A stretch of 64,000 nucleotides of DNA. Source: a bacterium. GTDB taxonomy: Bacteria; Krumholzibacteriota; Krumholzibacteriia; LZORAL124-64-63. The stretch's first letter is position 1. Every line of letters begins with the position of its first letter. The notes under the pieces were generated by a model. The model saw nothing but the letters and a program-made list of their open reading frames with translations. It did no database searches and was not told where the DNA came from. Below are positions 1-11,894 of the stretch, piece by piece. The stretch is taken from the NCBI GenBank assembly GCA_031441465.1, contig JANOEP010000049.1, forward strand, positions 1-64,000, in the 5' to 3' direction. Made by a program: the position numbers and the translations under genes.

Positions 1-44
1 GGTCGCGCCCGCGGCAACCCAACCCGGAAAGGATGATCATCGCG

Positions 45-761
45 ATGAAGAACTATGTCCTGGCTCCGATCTTCGCACTCTCGCTGCTGGTGTCCTGGCT
101 CATCTGGAGCAACTCGCCGCCCTACATCCGTCAGGGCGGGCCGCTGCTGATCCTGGGCCTGACCTTCTTCTTCCTTGCCCTGACCTTCGCCGTCGAGCGC
201 TTCCTGGTGCTGGGGCGGGCCGGCGGCCGCGGCAACGTGGCGTCGTTCGTGCGCGCGGTGAAGGAGTCGATCCACGCCGGCAAGCACGCCGAAGCTGTCG
301 CCGCCTGCAAGCAGCAGGGCGGCTGCCTGGCCAACGTCATCGGGGCCGGGCTGGAGCGCTACCGCGTGCGCAAGCCCGTGGCCTCCTCTGAGAAGGAACT
401 GATGGAGGAGACGCGCCGCGCCCTGGTGGAAGCCGGCGCCCTGGAGAGCCCGAACCTGGAGCAGAACCTGACGGCCCTGTCGACCATCGCCTCGATCGCG
501 ACGCTGCTGGGCCTGCTGGGCACCACCGTCGGGATGATCCGCTCGTTCCAGGCCATGTCGCACGCCGGCGCACCGGACGCGACGCAGCTGGCTCTGGGGA
601 TCTCCGAGGCTCTGGTGAACACGGCGCTGGGCCTGATCACGGCCATCCTGGCGACGGTGCTGTACAACTACTTCACGACGAAGGTCGACCGGTTCAACAC
701 GATGGTCGAAGAGACGTCTTACGAGGTGCTGCAGTTGCTGGAGAACGCGAAGGAGTCCTGA
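45..761 (+). CDS. exbB: MotA/TolQ/ExbB proton channel protein
   Basis: Motifs 'LSTIASIATLLGLLGTTVGMIRSF' and 'LALGISEALVNTALG'. ATG at 45 lies downstream of AAAGGA; the ORF track start at 33 abuts that RBS. Confidence 0.9.
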   Translation: MKNYVLAPIFALSLLVSWLIWSNSPPYIRQGGPLLILGLTFFFLALTFAVERFLVLGRAGGRGNVASFVRAVKESIHAGKHAEAVAACKQQGGCLANVIGAGLERYRVRKPVASSEKELMEETRRALVEAGALESPNLEQNLTALSTIASIATLLGLLGTTVGMIRSFQAMSHAGAPDATQLALGISEALVNTALGLITAILATVLYNYFTTKVDRFNTMVEETSYEVLQLLENAKES

Positions 762-764
762 GCC

Positions 765-1199
765 ATGGCGCGTCGCACGCGAGTCCGCATCGACATGACG
801 CCCATGGTGGACGTGGCGTTCCTGCTGCTGATCTTCTTCATGTCCACGACGCAGTTCAAGCCGCCGGAGCAGGTGGCGGTGCGGCTGCCCAGCTCGAGCT
901 CCGAGATCCACGTGCCGGAGACCAACACGATCATCCTGACGGTGAACCGCGAGGGTCGGGTGTTCATCTCGAGCGAGCGCGGGACCGACGCCCAGGAGCT
1001 GCTGCCGACCGAGGCGCTCAAGGCGATCGTCGACTGGCGCAGCCGCAACCCCGGCGCGGTGGTGGTGCTCAAGGGAGACAAGGACGCGTCGTTCGGGGCG
1101 ATGGCGGACCTGATGGACTCCCTGGCCGAGGCCAAGACGCTGCGGTTCAACCTGATGACCGACCTCAAGAAGCGGGCGCCGGCGCAGCCGGCGTCGTAG
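765..1199 (+). CDS. exbD: ExbD/TolR biopolymer transport protein
   Basis: TM segment 'IDMTPMVDVAFLLLIFFM' with the conserved Asp, and 'VLKGDKDASFG'. Confidence 0.9.
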   Translation: MARRTRVRIDMTPMVDVAFLLLIFFMSTTQFKPPEQVAVRLPSSSSEIHVPETNTIILTVNREGRVFISSERGTDAQELLPTEALKAIVDWRSRNPGAVVVLKGDKDASFGAMADLMDSLAEAKTLRFNLMTDLKKRAPAQPAS

Positions 1200-1209
1200 A
1201 GGAGAGCCG

Positions 1210-1713
1210 ATGTCCGACATCGCCGTCGCCGAGAGCGGCCCGAAGAAGCCGCCGCTCGCCAACAGCCTGTTCCGCCCGAAGAAGCGGCGGTCGGTGATCC
1301 GCATCGACATGACGCCGATGGTGGACGTGGCATTCCTGCTGCTGATCTTCTTCATGGTGACCACGGTGTTCCGCCGGCCGCTGGCGATGGAAGTGAACAT
1401 GCCGGAGCCGGGGGCGAAGGTGGAGGTGCCGGAGTCGAACGTGATGACGGTGTACGTGGACCGTGACGAGTCGCTGTACTTCAAGCTGGGGACCGGGGCG
1501 CTGAGCAAGGCGAGCTGGGCGGAGCTGGCGGAGGACTTCCGCAGCTTCAGCGCGGCGAACCCGGAGCTGATCGTGCTGGTGAAGATCCACCGCAAGGCGC
1601 GCTACGAGCCGATGGTGGACATGATGGACACGCTCGAGGACGCCAACATGCAGCGGTTCAGCCTGATCCCGATGAAGGAGGGCGAGGACGCCGTGCTGGA
1701 GGGAGTGCGATGA
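1210..1713 (+). CDS. exbD: second ExbD/TolR biopolymer transport protein
   Basis: Same 'IDMTPMVDVAFLLLIFFM' TM motif; AGGAG RBS upstream. Confidence 0.9.
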   Translation: MSDIAVAESGPKKPPLANSLFRPKKRRSVIRIDMTPMVDVAFLLLIFFMVTTVFRRPLAMEVNMPEPGAKVEVPESNVMTVYVDRDESLYFKLGTGALSKASWAELAEDFRSFSAANPELIVLVKIHRKARYEPMVDMMDTLEDANMQRFSLIPMKEGEDAVLEGVR

Positions 1714-2510
1714 AGGGCAAGCAAGGATCGGCCGCCGCGTCTCATATCCCTTGGGCGTTCCGTCTCGACGATGCGCCGCAGCTGCCGCTGACGGGCGAGA
1801 GCCACCCGCTGCGGCGGGAGCTGGCGCGCTGGCTGAGCTGGGCGAACGGGATCACGCTGCTGCTGGGGGTGCTGGCGTTCGCGGGTTGGTGGCTGTGGAG
1901 CCACCGTCAGGTGGCGGTGGAGCCGCCGCGCGAGATCCGGATCGTGCGCTACACGGACCTGGGGGTGCCGCCGTCGATCTCGCGGCCGACCGCGCCGCAG
2001 GTCAGCGTCGCGCAGGCCGTCGCGGACATCGTCGCGCCGCCGCCGTCGATCGCCGTGCCGGAGCCGGTGGCCGACGAACTGGCCTCGGCGCAGACCATCG
2101 CGTCGGTCGACGAGATGGCCGAGGCGCTCGCTCCCGTCTCGCTCGACGACCTGAACCTGGCGGCGGGCGATTCGGTCGCGGGCGGGTACGCGCCCGCCGA
2201 GGCGGAACCTCAAGAAATCGTCTTCGAATCGACGCAGGTCGACGAGGCGCCGGAAGTGGTGACCAAGACGCCGCCGGTGTACCCGCGCGCCGCCCGCGAG
2301 CAGGGGATCGAGGGGTTCGTCGCCGTGAAGCTCCTGGTGACCGCCGACGGCGCCGTCCGCCAGGTGAACATCCTGCGGTCCAAGCCGGAGGGTGTCTTCG
2401 ACGAAGCGGTGGGCCAGACCGTGGCCGGCTGGGTGTTCAAGCCCGGCCGGATCGGCGGCAAGCCGGTCCCGACCTGGGTGACCACGACGCTGCAGTTCCG
2501 CCTGAACTAG
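1710..2510 (+). CDS. tonB: energy transducer TonB
   Basis: N-terminal TM, Pro-rich linker and TonB_C 'PVYPRAAREQGIEGFVAVKLLVTADG...WVFKPG'; ATGA overlap with exbD. Confidence 0.88.
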   Translation: MKGKQGSAAASHIPWAFRLDDAPQLPLTGESHPLRRELARWLSWANGITLLLGVLAFAGWWLWSHRQVAVEPPREIRIVRYTDLGVPPSISRPTAPQVSVAQAVADIVAPPPSIAVPEPVADELASAQTIASVDEMAEALAPVSLDDLNLAAGDSVAGGYAPAEAEPQEIVFESTQVDEAPEVVTKTPPVYPRAAREQGIEGFVAVKLLVTADGAVRQVNILRSKPEGVFDEAVGQTVAGWVFKPGRIGGKPVPTWVTTTLQFRLN

Positions 2511-3049
2511 CCGGGCGCGCGGCCGGTCCCGCACGGCGTCGTGCGGTCGTTGCCGTAGACCCGGAACTCCAGGCCCGCCGGGTCGAAGGGGGCCAGGCGG
2601 AAGCGCGCCGACCGCCGCGAGAAGCATTCGCAGACGTCGGTCATGTACTCCCAGAGCCTGATCTCCACCACCCCGTCGCGGACTTCGACCGACGTCCGGA
2701 TCTCCTTGGTGCAGCAGTTGATGTCGATCGAGGCGACGGTCACGACGGTCGTGTCGCCCCGGACGACGACCGACAGGGCGCCTGGGCCGTCGGGCGCCGG
2801 CGCCGGGCCCGGCGGCAGCAACTCGACCTTTCCCCGTACCAAGTCCGTTCCCGGCAGGATCTCGGGCATGGGGAAGTGCTTCAGGTCGCCGGCGGGGGCC
2901 GTCGCCGCGGCATCCGCCCCCACCGCCGCGCCTTCGCCGTGCGCGACGCCGGGGTCATCCGCGACGGCGGCACGGGGCGGCGTCTCCCGGCAACCGGCGG
3001 TGAGCAGCAGGAATCCAACGATGAGTAAGGATTTCACAGAGCGCGCCAT
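2507..3049 (-). CDS. hypothetical lipoprotein with conserved-looking NCC...CxC cysteines
   Basis: Start MARSVKSLLIVGFLLLTAGC (lipobox) after a GGAGG RBS; C-terminal 'INCC...DVCECF'. Confidence 0.65.
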   Translation of the reverse strand: MARSVKSLLIVGFLLLTAGCRETPPRAAVADDPGVAHGEGAAVGADAAATAPAGDLKHFPMPEILPGTDLVRGKVELLPPGPAPAPDGPGALSVVVRGDTTVVTVASIDINCCTKEIRTSVEVRDGVVEIRLWEYMTDVCECFSRRSARFRLAPFDPAGLEFRVYGNDRTTPCGTGRAPG

Positions 3050-3278
3050 GACGGGACCTCCGGCCGGGGTGGGCCTCATGCTGGCAGAATTCGGCGCACC
3101 TTGCAACCGTGCTTCCGCCGCGGCGGTTCCCGGCAATGGCCGGGGCCCGATAAAGCTGTTGAATGATTGACATGTAGGCTGATAGGATCCCGCCACGGGG
3201 CCGTGCAGATCCGGATTTCGCGCCGTTGCCGCACCCCCACACCATACCAGACGGCGCACCAACCGGGGAGGGATACTC

Positions 3279-6005
3279 ATGTCACGCTCTACTCTTTGGC
3301 TGCTGGCGCTGTGCGCCGCAGTCTCCTTGTTGTTCGTCGCCTGCGGCGGCGGCGACTCGCCTTCGGATCCGCCGCCGCCGGCCGGGACGACGGCGCTCGT
3401 CGGCGACGACGGGAACGAGACCACCAGCTTCGATTCGTTCGAGCAGGTCTCGTTGTCGCTGGCCGAACTCGACCCCAACACCATCTACACCGTCGAGGTC
3501 AGCGACGCCGCCAAGTCGCTGCTTGGCCGCTACGAGCTCACGACCGACGGCAACGGCGAGATGGACGCCTCTTCGGTCATCTACGATCCCGCACCCGGCG
3601 ACTACGATGTCGAGGTGCTGGGCACCTCCATCTCCTTCACCCTGACCGTCAACGAGCCCACCGGTTTCTGGGGCATGCCCTGCAACGACGCCGGCGTCCA
3701 CGCCAACAACTACGACGTCGGCGACATGGTGTATTTCACCATCGGCAACGGCACGGCCGGCGCCGAGGTCGACCTCTACGTCGTGCCCAACCGCTACGAC
3801 TGGGCGGTCGGCATGTACCTGTTCGATTACACCGAGTCGGTCGAGCGTGTCGTGCTGGACGCGGAGGGAGAACTGGCCCCCACCGCCATCTGGCAGTCCG
3901 CCGGCAACACCGAAAGCGTTTCCTACGACGTGATCATCGACGTCAACCGCGACGGCGTGTACGACGCCGGCGACTACCTCGACGGCCAGATCGGCGTGGG
4001 CTTCGTCGTGCAGGAGACCGACGTCGCCAAGACGCTCATCGACGGCCACGTCGTGGAGCGCCTCAGCTCCGACGACAACTACGTGTACCGCGACGTCTTC
4101 AGCACGAACGAGAACGTCTACGTCTACCTGAACCCGGTCGCGCGCATGCGCAACCTCGGCGGCGACCGCTACGTGCGCTGGTACATCGTGCCTCACCAGG
4201 AGGAATGGCTCGACGGGGACGAACTGAATCCCGTGTCCTCGCCGATCGGCGACACCGTCCAGTTCGGCTGCACCAACGCCGGCCGGCGCCTGCTGTGGCC
4301 CGCGCCGCTGGAGGCGGGGCAGTACGACATCGTGATCGACGTCAACGGCGACGAGCTCTACGACCTGGGCGAGGACATCCTCGACGGTTACAGCGGCCAG
4401 GGCGACTGGGTGGGCTTCACCGTCCAGGACCCGCCGGCGACGCGTGACTGGACCCTGCTGGTCTACTCCGACGGCGAAGGCGGCCTCTCGGCCTCCCGCT
4501 CCGCCTACGCGGCGGAGATCTCCGGCGCCATGAACACCAGCATGTACGCCGCGGTCCTGTTCGACGGCGACGACGGAGCCGGCTACGCCGACTGCAAGCG
4601 CTACATCTGCAATCCGGGCGCGGTGGTCGAGGACGCCGACTACCCCGACGATCTGAACATGGGGCACCCGCTCACCCTGCAGGACTTCCTGACCTGGGGC
4701 ATCGCCAAGTTCCCGGCCCGCAAGTACATGATCGTGCTCTCGAACCACGGCGGCAGCTGGTTCGGCGAAAGCCACGCCGTTCCGAACGAGCTGTGGTACG
4801 AAGGCGACAAGGCCATGTGCTACGACGGCGGCGACGCCCTGAACATGTACGAACTCCAGGCGGTCTACCGCGACATCAAGGCGATGGTCGGCGAGAAGCT
4901 GGACGTCATCTGGTACCAGGGCTGCCTGATGGGCGGCGCGGAGGTGGCCGCCATCTCCCAGGACTACTTCGACTACATGGTGTCCCACGAGACCGTGCGC
5001 TTCGGCTCGGAGAACACCGGCAAGTTCCCGGCCGTCGTGCAGACGCTCATCGGCAACCCCAGCGCGGCGGCCGCCGCCACCAAGTGCGTCGACGCCCCGA
5101 CGGTGCCGAACGCTACGTACAGCGCGACCTACGAGCTGAGCAAGTACGGTGCCCTGGAGACGTCGCTGCGCTCCTTCGTCGACCAGGCCCTCGGTCACGA
5201 TGATTTCGACGGCTTCAAGGTCAACCTGATGGCGATCCTCAACGCGACGCGCCGGGTCAGGACCGTGGGCGACACATCCAACCTGGAGCCCTACGAGCAG
5301 AACGGCGACCTGCAGGACTTCTTCGAGCGCGTCGCCGACTTCGAGGGTGAGGACATCCCCGCGGCCATCAAGACGGCGGCGGGCGCGGTCGCGGCCGCCG
5401 GTGCGCAGCTCGTCGACACCGGGATGGGCAACGTCGGCGGCGACCCCGGCCTCAACGGCGTGGCGATCTGGCTGCCCCGCTCACCGGCGGAGTTCAACAC
5501 CTACGCCGTCGAGTACTCGGGCTTCGACTTCGCCACCAACACGCGCTGGCTCGAGTTCCTGGGTTCGCTCTACGGCGTGGCCTACCGCATCGAGCTGACG
5601 TGGGGCGCCGAGCCGCGGGATCTCGACTCCCACCTGTACGACGCTTCGGGGAACCATCTGGCCTACTACAATACGGTGATCCCCACCGCCGACCTCGACA
5701 CCGACGACACGTCGGGGTACGGGCCCGAGAACGTGCGCATCGCGTTCCTGGCCCCGGGTGATCGGGACCACTACGAATACTTGGTTCGCCTGTACTCCGG
5801 GGACGGCGCCAACGGCGCGCTGAGCACCGTCAAGGTGTTCCGCGGCGGCGACCCGACGCCCGCCGCCACGTTCTACCGGACCTGGAACGACAGCCAGCGG
5901 GGCTGGCACGTGTTCAACATCCTGGTCGAAAACGGCGCGATCGTGCCTGTCGAAGCCGTGTACCCCGACATCCCGAACCTGCTGACGGCCGAACCGGCCA
6001 AGTAG
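3279..6005 (+). CDS. clostripain-like (peptidase C11) lipoprotein with two upstream DxNxD(G/E) repeat domains and a C-terminal YfaP/DUF2135-like domain
   Basis: Lipobox 'LFVAC'; catalytic-type motifs 'IVLSNHGG' and 'DVIWYQGCLMG'; C-terminal 'IELTWGAEPRDLDSHL...LDTDDTSGYGPENV'. Confidence 0.8.
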   Translation: MSRSTLWLLALCAAVSLLFVACGGGDSPSDPPPPAGTTALVGDDGNETTSFDSFEQVSLSLAELDPNTIYTVEVSDAAKSLLGRYELTTDGNGEMDASSVIYDPAPGDYDVEVLGTSISFTLTVNEPTGFWGMPCNDAGVHANNYDVGDMVYFTIGNGTAGAEVDLYVVPNRYDWAVGMYLFDYTESVERVVLDAEGELAPTAIWQSAGNTESVSYDVIIDVNRDGVYDAGDYLDGQIGVGFVVQETDVAKTLIDGHVVERLSSDDNYVYRDVFSTNENVYVYLNPVARMRNLGGDRYVRWYIVPHQEEWLDGDELNPVSSPIGDTVQFGCTNAGRRLLWPAPLEAGQYDIVIDVNGDELYDLGEDILDGYSGQGDWVGFTVQDPPATRDWTLLVYSDGEGGLSASRSAYAAEISGAMNTSMYAAVLFDGDDGAGYADCKRYICNPGAVVEDADYPDDLNMGHPLTLQDFLTWGIAKFPARKYMIVLSNHGGSWFGESHAVPNELWYEGDKAMCYDGGDALNMYELQAVYRDIKAMVGEKLDVIWYQGCLMGGAEVAAISQDYFDYMVSHETVRFGSENTGKFPAVVQTLIGNPSAAAAATKCVDAPTVPNATYSATYELSKYGALETSLRSFVDQALGHDDFDGFKVNLMAILNATRRVRTVGDTSNLEPYEQNGDLQDFFERVADFEGEDIPAAIKTAAGAVAAAGAQLVDTGMGNVGGDPGLNGVAIWLPRSPAEFNTYAVEYSGFDFATNTRWLEFLGSLYGVAYRIELTWGAEPRDLDSHLYDASGNHLAYYNTVIPTADLDTDDTSGYGPENVRIAFLAPGDRDHYEYLVRLYSGDGANGALSTVKVFRGGDPTPAATFYRTWNDSQRGWHVFNILVENGAIVPVEAVYPDIPNLLTAEPAK

Positions 6006-6044
6006 GGAGGGGCAGAGAGAGACCGGGATTCAGTCCCGGGCACG

Positions 6045-6074
6045 GGAGGGCGGTCGCTTCGGCGGCCGCCCTCC
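6045..6074. terminator. GC-rich hairpin between convergent genes
   Basis: GGAGGGCGGTCGC-TTCG-GCGGCCGCCCTCC. Confidence 0.6.
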
Positions 6075-6094
6075 TTCACATGACGGCGGTGGGA

Positions 6095-8200
<2,106 letters not shown>

Positions 8201-8340
8201 CGGCGGACTTCACCGTTCCGGGTCCGGGTTGCGCCCGCGCGCCCCGTCGGGGTACGATGCGCGCGGCCGAGCGATCCCACAAGCTAACCCATCGCCCGCG
8301 GACAGGCTACCGCGCCGGCGTACCTTCGACGGAGGCCGTG

Positions 8341-9489
8341 ATGTTCCGACAGCTCGCTCCCGGCGCCGCCGTCTTCGCTTCGGATCTGGGCCCCTGGGGC
8401 CTGACTTGGACGCGCCGCGGCGTCGACGCCCTGGCCCTGCCCGATGTTTCGGAGGCCTCCGTGCGCGCTGTGCTGGAGCGCGCCGCGCCCGGCCGCGACT
8501 ACCCGACGCGGCCGCCGGTCGCCGTCGGCGACCTCGCGCGGCGCGTGCGCGCCCACCTGGCCGGCAAACCCGACGGCTTCCTCGACGTGCCGCTCGATCT
8601 CGAGCGCCTGCCGCCTTTCGCGCGCAAGGTCTCGCGGGCCCTGTGCCGGGTCCCGCCCGGCTCGACGGTGAGCTACGCGGAACTCGCGAAGCGCGCCGGC
8701 TCTCCCGGCGCCGCGCGCGCCGTCGGCACGGTCATGGCCCGCAACCCGCTGCCGCTGCTGGTGCCCTGCCACCGCGTGCTCGCGGCGGGCGGCGCGCTGG
8801 GCGGCTTTTCGGCGCCCGGCGGCACCGACCTGAAGGTCCGCCTGCTGCACCGCGAAGGGGTCGTGCTCAGCCCGCGCCACCAGGCGGGGCTGGACCACCT
8901 CGCGCGCGCCGACCGTGCGCTGGGTCGCGTGATCCGCCGCGCCGGCCCCTACCTGCCTGCCTTCGGCGACCGGCGCGACCCCTACGACGTGCTGGTCACG
9001 AGCATCGTGCACCAGCAGCTCGCCGTGAAGGCGGCCGCGACCATCGCGCGGCGCGTGCGCGCGCTCACGCCCGGCTCGGCCTTCCCTTCGCCGCAGGAAC
9101 TGCGGCAGCTGTCCGACGCGGAGCTGCGCGGCGCCGGCCTCTCCTCGCAGAAAATCGGCTACCTGCGCGACCTCGGCGCGCGGATCGACGACGGTCGGCT
9201 CGACCTGCGCTCGCTGCGTCGCCTCGACGACGCGGCGGCGACCGCCGCGCTCTGCACCGTCAGGGGCATCGGGGTCTGGACCGCCCAGATGGTGCTCATC
9301 TTCCAGCTCGGCCGGCTCGACGTCTGGCCGGTCGACGACCTCGGTCTGCAGAAGGCGGCGCAGCGGCACCTCGACCTCGCCGAGACGCCCAAGGCGAAGG
9401 CGATGGCCGCGATCGGCGAGCGTTGGGCGCCGTACCGCTCGCTGGCGGCGTGGTACCTCTGGCAGCTGGTGGACGGGGGAGCCGCTTGA
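8341..9489 (+). CDS. fusion of O6-methylguanine-DNA methyltransferase (Ogt) and AlkA-type 3-methyladenine DNA glycosylase
   Basis: 'ARAVG...NPLPLLVPCHRV' followed by 'SIVHQQL', HhH 'VRGIGVWTAQM', 'WPVDDLG' and 'WAPYRS'; GGAGG RBS before 8341. Confidence 0.88.
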   Translation: MFRQLAPGAAVFASDLGPWGLTWTRRGVDALALPDVSEASVRAVLERAAPGRDYPTRPPVAVGDLARRVRAHLAGKPDGFLDVPLDLERLPPFARKVSRALCRVPPGSTVSYAELAKRAGSPGAARAVGTVMARNPLPLLVPCHRVLAAGGALGGFSAPGGTDLKVRLLHREGVVLSPRHQAGLDHLARADRALGRVIRRAGPYLPAFGDRRDPYDVLVTSIVHQQLAVKAAATIARRVRALTPGSAFPSPQELRQLSDAELRGAGLSSQKIGYLRDLGARIDDGRLDLRSLRRLDDAAATAALCTVRGIGVWTAQMVLIFQLGRLDVWPVDDLGLQKAAQRHLDLAETPKAKAMAAIGERWAPYRSLAAWYLWQLVDGGAA

Positions 9490-9577
9490 ATGGCGCCGGA
9501 CCGGGGTTCTCCCTACGTTGAGCCGTCGCCCCTGCCGGTCCGCAGGTCGACGGCCGGCTCGAATCCTGGAGCGCGAG

Positions 9578-11797
9578 ATGCGAAGCCTGACCCTCGCCGC
9601 GGTCGTCCTCGCCCTGATCCTGGCCGCCGGCTGCCGCTCCACGATGCCGCCGGCGCCGCTCGTCGAATCGTCCCCCGCCCCCGCCGCGGCGTTCGACGCC
9701 GTCGATCTGACCTCGTTCCTGTCGCTGCCGGAGCCGGAGCGCGCACAGCGCCGGCACCTCGCCGATGCGGAGTTGGCTGAATTCCGCCGTTGGTGGGGCA
9801 AAATTCCCAGCATGCTGAACACGGACGGCCTCTATCACAATTTCTACGGCGGTAACGGTTTGCTCAGCGACGGCCGCCGGACCATCGACGACCTCAACCG
9901 TACCATGATGAACCTGCACCACGCCACGCAGGCCGATCCCAGCTGTACCGAGGCCTGGACCAGGATGGGCCGCATCCTGACCGAATACGGCGATTGGAGA
10001 CGAGCCGACGCCGCCTTGACGGCGGCCTGGCGGGCCTGGCCGCACGATCCCCGCTTGTCGGACCGTTCCGGGCCGGCGTGGGAGGTGTCGCAGTACCACG
10101 CCTGGCTGTGTCGGGACACGGCGCGCTGGGAAGAGGGGCTCGCCCTGCTCGCGCGCGGGGACGGGACGACCGCGGTGCCCCCCGACGAGCAGAACCAGCT
10201 GCTGCGCGGTTTGCTGCTGGCCGGGGCCGGCCGTTTCCGGGAGGCCATGGACGTCGCGGTGTCGATGCCGCCGCTGCGGTACCCCCGTGAGGGCTACGGC
10301 ATGACCGCAGCCAGCTACGGCAACAACTGGATCGAAGCCATGGCCTGGTTCGCCGCCGGCGACCCCGCCTTCGCCCGCAAGGCGCTGGGCGAGATCTACA
10401 CGTATCGTTTGTTGCAACAGTCGACGCGCTACTGGAACGACGTGGCCCTGATCCTGGACGAAGTCGGCCTCGGCACCGAGTCCGACGCCGCCTTCGTACG
10501 CTCATTCCAGGGCCGTTTCCCGCTCGTGGCGTTCTTTCCCTACCAGGGCTGCTCGGTGCCGTCGGTGATTCTGGGCGAACCGTCGCCCACGGCGCCCGTC
10601 TACCTTGCCTGGGACGAGCACTACCTGGCGGGATCGTTGTTCGCCTTCGCCGCCAACTCCATGGCCCGCTTCTGGACGCTCGACGACGAGTCGCGCCGGC
10701 CCCGCCGCGGGCGGACGGTCGTCGAGGCCCTGTCGATCTGCATGCGCAAGCACGACCGCCCGGTGCTGGCGCAGGCCCTGCGCGGGCGCATGCACTACTA
10801 CCTCGGCGAGGAGGAGCTGGCGCTCGCGGATCTCCAGGCCGCGCGCACCGCCCTGGCGGCCGACGGCCGGGGGGACGCCGCGACGAGCCTCGTCCTGGGC
10901 ACGATCCTGCTGAACCGGCGGCAGCCGGAGGCGGCGCAGATCTGCCTGCAGGAAGCGGTTGTCCTGGAGCCGGCCCTGGCCGGCGCCTGGCGCACCCAAG
11001 GCGTCGCGCTGGCGATGCTGGGCCGCCACGCCGAGGCGGATTCGGTCCTGGATCGCGCGGTGGCGCTCGACCCCTACGCGATCAGCGGCTGGTACAACCG
11101 CGGCCTGCACCACCTCGACCTGCACCGCTGGGAGGAGGCGTGCCGGGACCTGGGCGTCGCCGTCCGCCTGGAGGCGGACAACGCCGACGCCCTGGAAATG
11201 ATGCAGGTCGCCCAGTCGTCCCTGCTGCGCAGCGAACAGCGGGACGCGGCCGCCCGGCTCGGCGCGGCCGCCGACAGCACGGCCGCCGAATTGCGCGCGG
11301 GTCGCAACCTGGTGCGGATGGCTCTGCGCGATGATCTGGGGATCGCCATGTCGGCGGGCGCGCAGGCGGACCAAGGGGCGTTCGCCGACAGCCTGGCCAC
11401 GCGCTACGCCCGGTCTCCGTCGTCGGAACTGCGGCAGGATCTGGCCGCGGCGTTGCTGAAGGCCGGCCGTCACGACACCCTGCTCGCCCTGCTCGCTCGC
11501 CACTGGCTCCGTGAACTCGCGCCGCTCGAACAGCAGATGCTGCTGGAAGCGGACCGCGCCCTGGGGCGCCCGGATCGCGCCCTGGCCCTGGTCGACCAGC
11601 TCACGGCCGGTGATCTCGCCATCGAGGATCCGCTACGCGGCGATCCAGCGCTGTGGTCCAGCGCCGCCCTGATCTGTCTGGACGCCGGCCGTCGCGAGGC
11701 GGCGTTGCACGCACTCGACGAGGCGGTGCAGATCGACCCGGAGAACTCGCCGCTCGTCAGCTTCCGCGAACTGGTCCGCAGCCAGTCCTCCCGTTGA
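9578..11797 (+). CDS. TPR-repeat lipoprotein
   Basis: Lipobox 'LAAGC'; several TPR-like helices such as 'AVALDPYAISGWYNRGL'. Confidence 0.7.
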   Translation: MRSLTLAAVVLALILAAGCRSTMPPAPLVESSPAPAAAFDAVDLTSFLSLPEPERAQRRHLADAELAEFRRWWGKIPSMLNTDGLYHNFYGGNGLLSDGRRTIDDLNRTMMNLHHATQADPSCTEAWTRMGRILTEYGDWRRADAALTAAWRAWPHDPRLSDRSGPAWEVSQYHAWLCRDTARWEEGLALLARGDGTTAVPPDEQNQLLRGLLLAGAGRFREAMDVAVSMPPLRYPREGYGMTAASYGNNWIEAMAWFAAGDPAFARKALGEIYTYRLLQQSTRYWNDVALILDEVGLGTESDAAFVRSFQGRFPLVAFFPYQGCSVPSVILGEPSPTAPVYLAWDEHYLAGSLFAFAANSMARFWTLDDESRRPRRGRTVVEALSICMRKHDRPVLAQALRGRMHYYLGEEELALADLQAARTALAADGRGDAATSLVLGTILLNRRQPEAAQICLQEAVVLEPALAGAWRTQGVALAMLGRHAEADSVLDRAVALDPYAISGWYNRGLHHLDLHRWEEACRDLGVAVRLEADNADALEMMQVAQSSLLRSEQRDAAARLGAAADSTAAELRAGRNLVRMALRDDLGIAMSAGAQADQGAFADSLATRYARSPSSELRQDLAAALLKAGRHDTLLALLARHWLRELAPLEQQMLLEADRALGRPDRALALVDQLTAGDLAIEDPLRGDPALWSSAALICLDAGRREAALHALDEAVQIDPENSPLVSFRELVRSQSSR

Positions 11798-11894
11798 TCC
11801 TGTCTGATTCCGCTCAACCCGGCCCGGCGGGGGTCGATACAGACCGGGACCTCCTACTTCGCCGATTTCCGCCCAACGGTGAACAGGTGATACG

